Below, one piece after another: positions 15,575-29,500 of a stretch of DNA of 64,000 bases. The first letter of the stretch is position 1. Every line of letters starts with the position of its first letter. The position numbers and the translations under genes were made by a program. The notes under the pieces are model-generated. The model was not told where the DNA came from, did no database searches, and saw nothing but the letters and a program-made list of their open reading frames with translations. This DNA is from Azolla caroliniana (taxonomy: Eukaryota > Plantae > Polypodiophyta), in the NCBI GenBank assembly GCA_043228905.1, contig JBHGNT010000012.1:12834001-12898000 (forward strand). The letters are read 5' to 3'.

Positions 15575-16036
15575 AGCTCCCTTAAGCTAATTAAAGTGGT
15601 TCTCTGATATGCAATCAATCAAAGGGGAAAATTAGTTGGATCAACTAATGGAAGTAGTTAAGCAAATCAATGGCATCGATAGAGTGTGCCAAAAGTAGCT
15701 ACTTTATAGAAAGAACCAATCCAGGCGTCAACAAAAATATCATCATTACTCACGGTTAAAGATAGCAAAAGCAATTTAGAAAAAATCCAAGATATCAACA
15801 TGTGAAGAAGAATCCATTTTTCCAGAAAGCAGAACATCCAAGAATGAACAAGAAGGCCCAATTATTTTTTCTCCACAAGAACGCCAAAACATACACAAGA
15901 AATCTGGACCTTTATAAACTCAAGAGGGAAGCCCAAGTTTCTGGGATTCTTACCAGGAGGAAGAAGAGGGGTAGCTCACAAAAGTAGTTGAAGCATGAAT
16001 GAAGAACATCATCTCAGTCATTATATAGACAGGCAT

Positions 16037-16346
16037 GGATGATGATGATGATGATGATGATGGTGATGATGTGAAAAAGGAACTGAAAGAACGAAATGTC
16101 AATGAATGGCATATACAAAGCGCACTTCCTCGCTTACTCCGACGACGATGATGGAAAAGGCAGCTCTAAAGGAGCGGACGGGGGCATATTATACATACAT
16201 ATATGATATACATATATAAAGAAATAATAAGTGAAGTGGCGAGCCGAGTGAATGAGCCCCTTTGAATTCAATGAATAGCTGGTTCAGAAGAAGAAGAAGA
16301 AGAAGAGGAGGAGGAGGAGACATCCACATACATATGTGCTCTGTAG

Positions 16347-16397
<51 letters not shown>
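16037..16397. repeat. Microsatellite cluster upstream of DUR3: (GAT)n, (GAA)n/(GGA)n, (GA)n
   Basis: Simple repeats read directly; probably within the 5' UTR/promoter region. Confidence 0.9.
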
Positions 16398-16399
<2 letters not shown>

Positions 16400-17740
16400 T
16401 ATGTATGTATGTATTATCTCAGTACAATACATACTGATACATATGTTGTACTGAAAGGAAAATGGATGGACGGATACAATACATAATAAGCTTGGTTTGA
16501 CTTTTGAAAGAGAGACTAAAGAAATAAAAGTGCGGAGGAGATGATTGATTGGTTTTGGTGGACCGTGGCTGCCTCAAGCAACTACACTAGGCTAGGCTGG
16601 CCTCACAAACCAACAAAACACATTTACATGTAAATATGTAATGTATCATTGTATGCATTCATGCATCTACATATGTACTTACAACTTACCACCACCCACA
16701 CTTATGTATACATATAGTAGCGTAAGAGTGGGTTTTGAAAATTAATACAATGTGAATGGAGGGCAAAATAAAAGAACAAAACATGGGTCACACACAAATA
16801 TATATGTCCACCCTCTCTATAGACACAAGACAAGATAAGATACTCTCCACAAATGTTCTTCTTCACTCATCTATAGACTATGTTTATGTCTCTTGTCACC
16901 CGAGGACTTACATAAAATATCTTCGATGCTGTCTCTCCAACGAGTCAAGGATCCCATCCCTTTCATGGTGCTGGACTTTTTATTCATTTGTATTTATGGA
17001 TGCATATTCCATTCTAACATCTTATGACAATTCAAATTGTTGACTTATGAAAGAGTGTATTTATATGTGTTTGTGTGTGTACATATTATGAATATGGAAA
17101 GACACTAGCATGCATGTTTATCTCTCCACTCTCTTTTATGTGTGTGTGTGTGTGTGTGTGTAGTATATTTGTAAATCTCTTCCTAGTATTACACAACGCT
17201 AACATAATATGAACTTGGGAAAGGTAATATCTCGTCATAGATGTTTGTAGAGGGCTTAAAAAATTGGTTGCTCATTAAAGCAAGAAATCTTTGGTGTATG
17301 GAGACCAAATGATCAAATGGTCTTAAGGGAACAGAAATATGTGCTTAGATAAGTGACTTGTTTAATCATGCACTTCATCATCACATGGCTCGTAGTTGGA
17401 GTACAAATTCTATCACTCTACTATATTTAGGGAGAGATATAAATAAACATAGATGACTATCAAGTAAAACATATTAAACTATCTTATGGAGAAAATGTTT
17501 GGATTTATACTAGAAGCAAAGGTAACTCCATGAATTAAGAGAATGAGAACATATCATATGGACAAGCCAATTTTCGAGAACATCTTACCAACATTGATCA
17601 CCTTGTCCTTCTTTAAGTGTTAATGGAGGAAAATCACTTGAAAGGTAAATGATTATATTGTTTTCTTTTCCATAAATAGTGTTGTAATAATGGGGAAGAA
17701 CCTTTATAGATTACCAAAGACAATCAAAATACCCCGTGGA

Positions 17741-17902
17741 TGTTACGGGCATGACCATATAATATCCTGTGGTAAGATTGTATCGTACAGAAGTAATCCT
17801 TCCCTTCTTTACACTCTCGTTTAACCCTCACACTTTATCCACGTGTATAGAATACTACGGTACAATCTTACCACGGGATATTATATGGTCATTCCCCTAA
17901 CA
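17741..17902. mobile_element. 162-bp foldback element derived from the 5' end of the chromovirus I LTR family
   Basis: 47-bp terminal inverted arms (43/47 match), both matching LTR start TGTTACGGGCATGACCATATAATATCCCGTGGTAAG; minus strand of 17790-17902 matches the first ~112 bp of the LTR at 50850. Confidence 0.88.
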
Positions 17903-19526
17903 TAGGACCTAGACAACTATATTATGTATGGCCAATACAACTCGTGATACTTATTGTCTTACCAAAACGAACACACATTCAAACCTCCTTAGCCAATAAC
18001 AATTCAATTCCAAACTTTTGAAGAATTCGGCATTTTTATTGTATTATTGTTGCTTCATAGATTACATATGACAATGAATCATTTGAAATGGTAGAAAGTT
18101 TCAAAACAATGACTTTGGGGGTTTTCTCCAATGATAAATGAACAAATTCTATCAATAGTTGCTTGGAAGTGGAAAAAATGGCTTACTATCCCTTTGAGAA
18201 CATATGCAATGGAGGAGAAACCAAATGATAGATTTCCAAAAAATACTTGTTTGACACTTTCGTGACATCAAAGCTTCTCAGCAAGGTAAAAGTATGGAGT
18301 GATGGCATTCCTCAATCAAGAAGATACAAATGTCATATATGCTCCATATATTTTGACACAAAATGACTTATCATTGAGATCATGAAATAGAAAGTATTGT
18401 TAAGTACATATTTAAGGTTCAAAACAATCTATCCCATCTTCTTAGAATTGCATGCAAATTTTTAAAGAAAGTTCTAAAGACACTAAAAATCTAAGTCCGA
18501 CGAAAAATCTTGGAAGATGGATTCCATTACATTTGATTCCTAATTACTCAGTACATTCCTCATGAATGATGCTTTTGTGCAAACCTAATATATTATGAAT
18601 TGGGAGAGATGTGGAGTGTCACATTTCACACATTATATTATGGATGTTCCACCAAACCATAAAACCATCGAGTCTACATATTGTTAGACCACACTATCCA
18701 ATACATGCAAGAGCACCTCCCATGGGGCATTTACATCATTGTTTCCATATGACTTAGTTTAGACGGGGCAATGAGACTCCACACAGATACTATGTAAAAA
18801 TGCCTTACTTTGGTTTCCCTAGTTATATTGACATAAAAGGACAATAATAAAATCTTTCTTTTTCCTCATTTTGTTGTGGACACAACTTTAGGTTGAAATG
18901 GGAAGCCTAATTTACCATAAATAAATAAATGAAGGATAACTATCCTAGGGTTTGACGTAACATATCATGGTCAAGAACATGTAGGCATCTACATGGTGGT
19001 TAAGGAGCCTTTATCTTAACATATAAATATGGAACTGGATATCCATTTTATCATCTCATTGGTGAGACTCTAATACTTTGGTGATTTGGCTAAGCTCTTG
19101 TATCAACTTCAAGGCACCTATCATCTAATCTAAGCCAAGATATATTTCTAGACCATATGCAATCGTATGGGGCGCCATTGTGGTATAGGGATCATCTCAA
19201 ATTATTTGCTCAAGGGTGGTTAGGAGGAACAAATTCTTCATTTATTTGTTTATTTTCAATAATATAATTAGTTTGATCGAATCATAACATATTTCCATTA
19301 GGATTGACTATAGTTTAGAATTTGTTGTTGGGGTTATTAGGTTCTCCCCTCTTTTCTTTGATTTTTGTTTTGTGCATTTCCAAAGGCATGGTGCCATGTT
19401 TTCTTCTTAGAAACATTCCACAACCTAAGGACCTCTAAATGGAAATAATATAGTATGTATATCTTCAACATTGGTATTTAAGACACATAAAGTTAGCCAT
19501 AGTTAGGGGTAATGAGATGTGTGCTA

Positions 19527-20485
19527 TCATGATATTCCTAAGAAGGGGTATTCATACATTGAAGCACAAAGTCTCCATGTGTCGAGCACAAAGTCAACAT
19601 ATCTTGAACAAATTGCACTATATGTCGAGCATGTGAAGAACAAGTGACATTCATCCTCTACCATGCCTTCATTGCATACTTTACATGTCTTGAAATTCGT
19701 TACACTTTGATACCATGATGCAACTTCAATACCTAACTTGTGAGATCGAGTGCGAAGTAGTATAAGGGCTCTACGAGCATTACTACTCATATTGGTAATG
19801 AGATAAGGTTGGATACGATCAATAGAAATTCTTGCTTTATATTGAGACCAACATTTAGGGTTGACATTTGCAATGTCGTATTCTAGCTTTGTCCTCTTAG
19901 CATCCTCCCACTTCATCCTTAATGATTCCACCAACCTTCCCTCAATCATTACATACTGCATAGCATTGCTCGAAAGCTCTAAAAGATCATCCACACCCCA
20001 TCTTCTAAACCATTTCCTTATGTCAACAACCCAACCAGATGAGAGAATCTTACTTTTATGATTCTTTTGTAGCTTACATCCAACATTACAAGCAAGATGT
20101 GGTAATCGATGATTCGGCATATTCTTGACTTTTGTAATGTATTTATATACTCTTTGGAGTTCCAATAGTTCTATGGGTTGAACACCTGTTTCCAAAAGCA
20201 TAACCTGGTAAGAGGTAGTGCATTTAACTCCTAATTGCCTGCTTAAAAACATCTTTTGAATTTTCTCAATCTCGTTCCATGCATTAAGAGAGATGGTGCC
20301 ACCCCATACTTCTACTCCATAAAGCAATACTTGAGTTACCATGGCATTGAGCAACATTAGTTTTACTTCCCATCCACAAGTATCACTTTGGTTGCATTGG
20401 TTCTCCAAAAGGTAATATGCTTTCCAACCGGCATGGAGTCTAGAATCAAAGCATGCACTCCATTTATTTGTGGCGGGTACATCAA
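19527..20485 (-). mobile_element. RTE/RTEX-like LINE, ORF2 3' part (thumb region and C-terminal CCHC)
   Basis: LLYGVEVWG, LRTRSHKLGIE, CKVC...EDECHLFFTC; continues upstream at 30284-30682. Confidence 0.88.
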
Positions 20486-23400
20486 TGTTGAGATACAAGC
20501 TCAACATTGGCTGGATCGGCTGTGCAAGCCGAGAACCGGATCAGTTGGGATCGATCGGTCAGGCCAGACCGGTGCGTAAACCGGTGCGCAGACCGGTACG
20601 CAACGAGAAGCCGTAGCGGTGCGTAAACCGCGAGGCCATTGGGAAGATATTCTGCGCAGGAATATATTTTGGGAATTAGTGTAGAGCTCACTCATGAGCA
20701 TTGAAGTACGTGTCAGTACTTCTGTCAGTCTGTATGGACTTGTATAAAAGTGCTCACTGGGCACATCCTATGTACAGATTGAGTATTATTTTGAATCGAG
20801 TTTTTTTTTTGTGTGCTCTCTCTCTCTCTCTATCTCTGTCTCTCCCACGTACTGTGCATATACAAGCTCTCCATTAAACTTGCGTATTTTCTGTGTTCGA
20901 TTTCCTATTGCTTCTGCACGCTATTCTTTTCATGGTATCAAAGCGCGAGGGTTGAAAACCTCTACAACCGACATAGCTTGAAAGGGAAACTAACCAAGAA
21001 GAACATGTAAAACCGATGGATAGAGGCATGGCTAGCTCGCTTCTGACGGAGAAGCTCGATAGAAACAACTACGCGTCTTGGTCCTACAAGATGCACCAGT
21101 ACCTGCTCGGGCACATTTACTGGAGCTATGTCGACGGAGCAAATGACACAGCACCTGAATCGACACACAGAGATTTCTTGGTGTGGGAACAATCGGCGAG
21201 TAGAGTACTGTACTGCTTCGCGTCTTGTGTGGGATGCAAAAAAAAGATGCTTGGGGAAATTTGAAGAAGATTTTCGCCGCAAGCACTACAACCAAGAAGC
21301 TTCAACTCCGACAGGAGTTGAGCAACCTACGACAACGCGATTTATCGGTGGCTGATTACACCTCGAGGATCAAAGATATATGTGACTCCTTAGCCTCCAT
21401 TGATGTGAACGTCAAGGAAGGAGAGATGGTGCAGATCTGTCTCGGGGGATTGGCGTCGAAGTTCGGAGCATTCCGAACTGCTGTGTGTACACGGGAGAAT
21501 ATGCCGTCAATTTTCGACCTACAATCGATGCTCCTTATAGAGGAGAACCACGCGGGTGCGTCGACGAGCACGCATGCCGACAACAAGATGCTATACGCGG
21601 AGGGGGATAGGCCCCGTGGTCGTGGTGGACGAGGCGAGTCAGAGCGCTATGGAGGCGGCCGACGGGATCAAGGACGAAGGCACCGAAGTGACGCGGACAT
21701 CAATTCCAGACCCTCCGGAAACAGGGGGAGTCGAGGCGATGAGAACCGGCAAGGGAAATCCGTTGCGGAATGCTAGTACTGTGGCAAGAAAGGCTACAAG
21801 GAGAGCAAGTGCTGGAAGAAGCGCGCCGATTCTGAGAGGACCGGATCTGGAACAGGCTCCGGACAAACCAACAAAGGAAATCAGCAGTGATCGCACTATG
21901 CCGCAGGTCCGAAAAGGCCGGAAAAGGGTCAACCTTCATGATGAGACACAAAGCGAACTCGATGAAGATGTCCACCCCGAAACAGATGAGGTGTGGTATG
22001 TCGACTCCGGCGTGTCAAACCACATGACGTGCCACGAGGAGTGGTTCTCATACCTTGAGCAACCGACGCAACTGGGAGTAGTCGCAACCGGAGACGACAC
22101 TCCGCATCCGATCGCGAATGTCGGTGAAGTTCCCCTGAGCCATGTCGGGCAGAAAGGGAAACTCATGAATGTGTTATACATCCCGACAATCACAAAGAAC
22201 TTGGTGTCGGTCGGGCAGATTGTCGACCAAGGGATGTAGGTTCGGTTTACGCATCTCGGGTGATTCATTGAGGAAGAAGGCCGAGTTATTGCACAAGGGT
22301 GCAGAGACGGGAGGATGTTTATCCTCGACTCTAGTGACGGTGGCACCGCAATGTTCGCGAAAAGAAAAAAAGTCGAGTTTGATATCGACTTATGGCACAA
22401 GTGGATAGGCCACGTCAACTATCAACGGCTTCAGGTCCTGCAATCGAAACAGGTGGTGTTCGGATTGCCCAATTTTAGTGGCCAGAAGGCATGAATTTGT
22501 GAAGCAACACCGGCTTCCTTTCCCTAACGAGCATAATCGGGGCCGGAACAAGCTCGACTTGATACATTCCGATGTATGGGGGCTGGCACAGAACGTTAGT
22601 CTTGGCGGGAGTCGATATTTTGTCTCCTTCATCGACGACTATACGCGGCACACGTGGATCTATCTCATCGAGAAGAAGAGTGAAGTCTTCGATTGTTTCT
22701 GGGACCTCAAAGGGTTCGTGGAAACGGAAACAGGACGAAAGATCAAGTGCTTGTGGTCGGATGGCGGAAAAGAATACTTTTCCAGTCAATTCAACGGCTA
22801 TCTGCAACATATGGGAATTCGGCGCGAATTCAGTTGTGATACACGCCGGAGCGAAATGGCGTGGCCGAGAGGAAGAACCGGTCAATTGTAGAAGCGGCAC
22901 GGGCAATGCTGGAGGAGAAGAGCTTGCCCAAGTTCTATTGGGCCAAGGTGGTACGAACCGCAATATACATCCAGAATCAGATCGGAGACAAAGTGTTGAC
23001 ACATGAACAATATTTCGAAAGGAAGCCGAATCTATGACACTTGAGAGTTTTTGGTAGCATTGTGTATGTGCATGTACCGAAGGAGAAACGGAGGAAGTTG
23101 GACGCGAAAGCCGAGAAGTGTATCTTGGTCAGCTACTTGGATGAGCAGAAGGGTTATAAGTGTTATAACCCTCGCACCAAACAAGCACGCGTGAGTCGTG
23201 ACGTTGTGTTTGGCGAGTCCGCGTCCTGGTACTTGCCTCTGACTACGAACCTCACCTCCAATCCTAGTTCTGATGATGAAGTCAGCGAGGCCGAGATGCC
23301 TTCAGATGAGCCTGAAATTGGGACCCGCGGAGAGAGTCCAATTTCGTTTCGGTTAAGTGGATCGAATGGACAACTAAGTCGGTTCGACCAGTCTGATGAG

Positions 23401-26200
23401 GAGTCGGCGAGTAGTGGAGACTCGGCCATGCATTCCCCGCACAAGAAGCTGAGGAGACGGCTTATGCGCAAAGAAAAAGGGAAGAAGAAGGTGTCGGCTT
23501 ACGACACGGATAGGAACGAGTCGGATCAACGCAAGTTCGACTCCGAGGGAAGTGGTGACGGGTCTTCGAGACCGAAGTCCGGGCCGGCGACGAAAGCCTC
23601 AACATCGGCTAATGACCAATTACGCCGATCTACCCGTCAGAAGAACCTTGTTGTGCGGTTCGGTTACAACGAGTACATGACGCATCACTATGCGTACATG
23701 ACGCGTGTAGTGGAAGTGTGTGAGCTGGAGAGCTACGCAGAAGCGGCGAAAGACGCGAATTTGCATGCCGCAATGGAGGAAGAGATGCACGCATTGGCTG
23801 AAAATGAAACATGGGACCTAGTTGACGCCTCGAAAGGTGTGAAGCCAATTGGATGTAGGTGGGTGTACAAGTTCAAGTACAACACTGACGGCTCGGTCAA
23901 CCGATACAAGGCCCGACTAGTAACCAAAGGTTACGTGCAGCAACACAACATCGACTACGATGAGACGTTTGCACCGGTCGCGAAGATGACGACCGTCCGT
24001 GTTTTGCTCGCGGTGGCTGCAGCAAAGGGGTGGCACCTACATCAGATGGATGTAAGGAATGCGTTCCTGCAAGGTGAGCTTGAGGAATAGGTGTACATGG
24101 TACAGCCCCCCGGATTTCACTCCGGAACGAACACTTCAACGGTGTGCCGATTGAAGAAGTCCCTTTACGGACTAAAGCAAGCCCCGTGTGCCTGGAACGC
24201 GAAGATCACGCAACGATTGCGTCGCATGGGCTTTGTGACGTCAAAATCGGACTCCTCACTGTTCATCCGGAAAGGTCGAATCGGGCCAGTTAGTATTTTA
24301 CTTTATGTTGATGACTTGGTCATCACCGGCGCAGACCTAAGTGAGATAGAACGCGTGAAGCTCCAGCTTGCGGCGTCATTCGACATGAAGGATCTGGGGG
24401 ACCTTCATTACTCCCTCGGGATCGAAGTGATTCGTACCCCCGAAGGCATATTGATCAGCCAACGTAATTACGCGCTGAATATGCTCTTCAAATTCGGGAT
24501 GGCCAATTGTAAGTCCGTCTCGACTCCTTTGGATAGAACCGTCAAGCTTCGCGCCGATTTTGGAAGGGTATGCGACCCGACGAGGTTCTGACAAATAGTC
24601 GGAAGCCTTATATACTTGACCATCACTTGACCAGATCTCAGCTACTCGGCCGGGTGATTAGTCAGTTCATGGTGCGACCGACCGAGGAGCACCTTCAGTG
24701 CGCTCAACGCGTACTCCGGTACGTTAGTGGCACTAAGGACCGGGGGCTACTATATCGGGCCAATACTACCGCGCAGTTGGTCGATTACACTGATGCTAAT
24801 TGGGTCGGAAATGCCGGCGATCGCCGATCAACATCCGGTTTTGCGTTCTCTCTCGGGAGTGCTGCGATCGCGTGGAGTAGCAAGAAGTAGCCGACAGTTG
24901 CGCTGTCGAGCAACGAAGCCGAGTATAGAGGAGCAGCTGTCGCGACATGCGAAGCTATATGGTTGAAGCGGCTACTTAAGGATCTGTAGGTGGAGGTATC
25001 CGATCCAACGACAATCTACTACGACAACCTCAGCAGCATCCAGCTAACTAAGAACCCCGTCTTCCACGCCTGGACTAAGCACATTCAGGTGCACTACCAT
25101 TTCATCCGTGAGGGTGTTCTGTCCGGTGAATTCGACCTTCAGTATGTTCCGATGGATCGGCAGACTACCGACATCTTCACCAAGCCTCTTGGTCTGGACA
25201 AGTTGCGGCAATTCTCGGGTGCGCTTGGGTTGCGTCACCTCGACGTGTTAAACTTGAGGGGCAGAGACGTCCCGAATGACCACGGAAGAGGGAGAGAAGT
25301 TTCGGAAGACGAAGACCGCGACGCTGAGTCGGATGACGAATTCGATTTCAGATCGGCTAAAGAAGTCGAGGGCGGACCCGCGGAACATTCCGAAAGCGGA
25401 CATAAGGGGAGCAGTCGAAAGGAAGAGCCGAAGCCAACCAAGGGTGAGAAGACCGAGGACGTGTTGGAGATAGCCAAATCGGACGAGAGTGAAAACCGAT
25501 CGGAGAAAGCTGAGTCAGTTCGGATGTTTGATTCGGATATGCTGAATCAACCAAGGGCCAAGCGGAAGAGAAGGCAACAAAAGAGGTGCCAACACCGCAA
25601 TAGCAAGGAAGCTGAGAAGGGCCGTGTGAGTAGACAAGCCGACCGGAAGGGTCGAGGTGCGCGGAATCGAACAGGTCGAGGAACGTGAGCAAGGCATGAA
25701 GCCAGAAGGAACCGGAGCACAGATCCGGAAGAGTAGATGGAACCTCAAGTTGAGCTTGAGGGGGAGTGTTGAGATACAAGCTCAACATTGGCCGGATCGG
25801 CTGTGCAAGCCGAGAACCGTATTGGTTGGGATCGATCGGTCAGGCCGGACTAGTGCGTAAACCGGTGCGTAGACCGGTACGCAACGAGAAGTCGTAGCGG
25901 TGTGTAAACCGCAAGGCCGTTGGGAAGATATTCCACGTAGGAATATATTTTGGGAATTAGTGTAGAGCTCACTCGTCAGCATTGAAGTACGTGTCAGTAC
26001 TTCTGTCAGTCCGTATGGACTTGTATAAAGTGCTCACTGAGCACATCCTATGTACAAATTGAGTATTATTTTGAATCGAGTTTTTTTTTGTGTGCGCTCT
26101 CTCTCTCCGTCTCTCTGTCTCTCCCGCGTACTGTGCATATACAAGCTCTCCATTAAACTTGCGTATTTTCTGTGTTCGATTTCCTATTGCTTCCGCACGT

Positions 26201-26477
26201 TGTTACCCCGTACGAGATGTACAGAGAGTCAAGTGTGATGAGCGAGGGTCGAATGTTATCATGATGCTGTTGTGTATGTGTAGGGGGCATAAATGTAATT
26301 GTGAGTCTATACGTATGTGAACACAGGCACACGTGTGTGCATGTGGATGGATACGAGGAGGTGTGAGTGAGTGTCCAATATGAATGCTCGAGGGGGCTTA
26401 CATCCCTATGTATCTACCCCCTCTTTTACTATTTAACCCCTTATGGGGAATGAATGAAACATATAATCATTTTCTCT

Positions 26478-26536
<59 letters not shown>

Positions 26537-29500
26537 TCTATCTCTCTTCCTCTCTCTCCCCTTAACGTTGAACCCCCTTGGGAGGGGGGTGGAGCCATTC
26601 TAGGCACCACCCCCCACCCCACAATGCTTCTCAATGGTTGTCTTGTTCTTCACGTCCTCTCTCATTATCACACATTCATTATCAATCTACCATCATTGCT
26701 AGCCCTATTCCTATCTTTATCATTATCATACCCTAACCCTAAAACGTATAACACATTTTAGCGACAAGTAAGGCGACCCCCCTTTGGAGATGAAGTCGAA
26801 GACTATTATGCGGCAAAGACATGGCAACGACGAAATGTGCAAGAAATCAAAGGGACGATGTGGGGGAAATGGTGATGTTGATTGGAAGTCGTCGAGGTCG
26901 AGGAATGCAACACGATGATGTTGTCCGAGAGGACGTCGCAAAAGGATACGCAACAAATGTATGTTCAAGCGTGCTGTTAACGACAATGTGCGTGTGCAAG
27001 AAAGCGTGGTACGAGAGACATCCAAAAAGACAACGACGACAACAACGGTCGGAGATGGAGCCGGAACGACGGACGGGCGACCCAAATAGTGGCCGAGGAG
27101 CGGCCGAAGCAGTTGGAATAGCCGAACAGTGGCTAGACGGGCTGGACAGAGAACCGCCAAACGACGACCGGAATGGGCCAAACAGTTGAAATGGTGACGG
27201 AGCCGGGACAACGATAGCATGGCAGTGGCCACATAGCAACAACTAGAGTGGTGGCTGACCAATAGCGGCCCAGTCGGTCCGAGATAGCGACAACCGTCGG
27301 ATGGAGCAGCAGTCGTACAGTGGCAGCGGCAGAGCGGCAGCCGCAGGATAGGGGCTGCATCGATTTCTGGAATGTGCAAAGACACATATCGGTCAAAGTG
27401 GCCGAACGGTGAGAAAATGGAGGCGGCCGGACCGGACGGGCTAGACAAATGATCAGAGGACCGGAAAGATAGGGTCGAACTTAGACAACTACCGGCGGCA
27501 AAAATCAGCAACCGGACAGACCGCCGGAATGGCTTGAGAAGCGGCTAGACAGCAACCGGAACGACGACACCGTGCTGAAAAGTGATAGGAATTGTCGGGC
27601 AGCCGACGACCGAAACGACGTTGATGCTGAAACGACGGGCCGGACAACGAAACATTGGCCGGAGGGCCAGAAAGACAATAACGACCGGATCAGACAAACG
27701 GACGGGATGGAGTCGGAGACACAGACAGACAGTGTTGGACGAGGACGAACTGACGGACGACAGTGACGGACAGAGACAACGACGGCCAGAGATAGAGATA
27801 GAGATGTAATGGGACGACAACGACGACATCCAGATGGCGACGATGCAGGACACCGACAACCGGATGATAGCCGAAATGGTGACAAAAATGGATGATGTGC
27901 ACGGAGAAGGAGAGCAACGACAAGAAGAGCAGCATAAACTAAGAAGAAAGAGAGATGGAATCGAAGACAAAAGCAAGGAAGAAGGAAAAAGAAGAGGAAG
28001 AAACCGCAAGAACATACACTGATGAAGAAGAAGAAACAGAGGATAAACAGAAGATAGGGAAGATGAAGAAGCAAATGAAACAACGTGGACAGAAAGGAAA
28101 ACGAGGGAAAAAGAAAGAAGAAAAGAGAAGAACAAGAAGAAAAGAATGTCAAAAGAAGGAGAAGAAGTAGATTTTAACACCAAGAAGATGGAAGAAGGAA
28201 CCACGCGAGAGAAGAATACTAGAGAACACAGAGAAAGAGATGTTGAAGAAGAAGAAGGAAGGAATCGAAGGAGACAGTTTGCCAAACAGATAGAAAGGAG
28301 GGAAACGACAGAAGCAAGAGAAAAAGAAGAAAACAAGAAAAGAAAAAAGAGGGAAAAAGAGAATGATAAGGGGCATGCGAAGAAATTTTAAAATGTTGAG
28401 GGTAACAACCTAAAATTTCAGAAACTTGGGGGTACTGAATGAAATTTCCAAAATTCGGGGGTACATATCGAAATTTTTTAAAAAAACAAGAGGGCACCAC
28501 CAAAATTTTGAAAATTCCCAAGACTACTCACACACACTCAAAACAAAGGAAGAACATACATATACACGACATGATTTTGAACCCATGACGAAGTTTGTAA
28601 GCCAACAGAACGAGAATGTTGGTGTCACGGAAAGATTTGCTGACCGACAAAGATGTTCGAGTCCAGCACTTTGATCGAGGGAGTCGATCGTTGAAAGGAC
28701 CAATGGAAGTTCTGGTCGAAGAAATATCATCATCAAGGCATGTGGGATCGACGTGCAAGGCACTCTCCCACGGGCGTGCCATATTGTGTTACCCCGTACG
28801 AGATGTACGGAGAGTCAAGTGTGATGAGCGAGGGTTGAATGTTATCATGATGCTGTTGTGTATGTGTAGGGGGCATAAATGTAATTGTGAGTCTATACGT
28901 ATGTGAACATAGGCACATGTGTGTGCATGTGGATGGATACGAGGAGGTGTGAGTGAGTGTCTAGTATGAATGCTCGAGGGGGCTTACACCCCTATGTATC
29001 TACCCCCTCTTTTACTATTTAACCCCTTATGGGGAATGAATGAAACATATAATCATTTTCTCTTAATCTCTCTCTCTCTCTCTCTCTCTTTTCTTTTTGA
29101 CACTTTGGTGACACCAGTTCTTCTCTATGGGGTGGAAGTATGGGGCGGTAGCATCCCTAAGTCTATGTGGAAAGAGTTTGAAAATGTCCAAAAGCATTTT
29201 CTTACCAAGTTTCTACAAGTTAAGAAACAAACGCCCTACACCCTCCTCCTCCTTGAAACGGGATCGCTTCCCATTGAGATCATGGCCATGGAAAGGGTTG
29301 TTGAATACATGCTTAAGGTTCAAAAAAGTCCCTCACATCGACTTCCTAGAATTGCGTGGGAAGCAAGCAAAAAGATCCAAAAGACGCATAAAAGCAAAAT
29401 TTTGTGTTCCGGTTGGATGCAAGATATAGAAAAATGGTTTGGTAGATGGGATGCGAGACACTTGCTTCATGATGCATCATTAGATTCCTCTGTAAATGAG

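Noticed and set aside
17200-19200. Possible ancient coding or transposase relic upstream of DUR3
   Set aside because: No ORF of 60 aa or more and no motif I can identify; needs a translated homology search.
26230-26260. TGATGAG...CGAA in element C LTR suggesting a retrozyme hammerhead
   Set aside because: Reads GTGATGA and CGAAT, and the required stems are missing.
26730-26745. CCCTAACCCTAAA telomere-like motif
   Set aside because: Only two units at an LTR end; common telo-box-like sequence, not an interstitial telomere array.
26726-28521. Long overlapping ORFs (215-263 aa) inside element C
   Set aside because: Low-complexity S/F/L or K/E/R translations caused by purine strand skew; no domain motifs.
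28970-29089. LTR-encoded ATG in frame with the LINE fragment (334-aa ORF)
   Set aside because: The ATG lies upstream of the TATA-like box and the frame runs through a microsatellite; probably a chance fusion.
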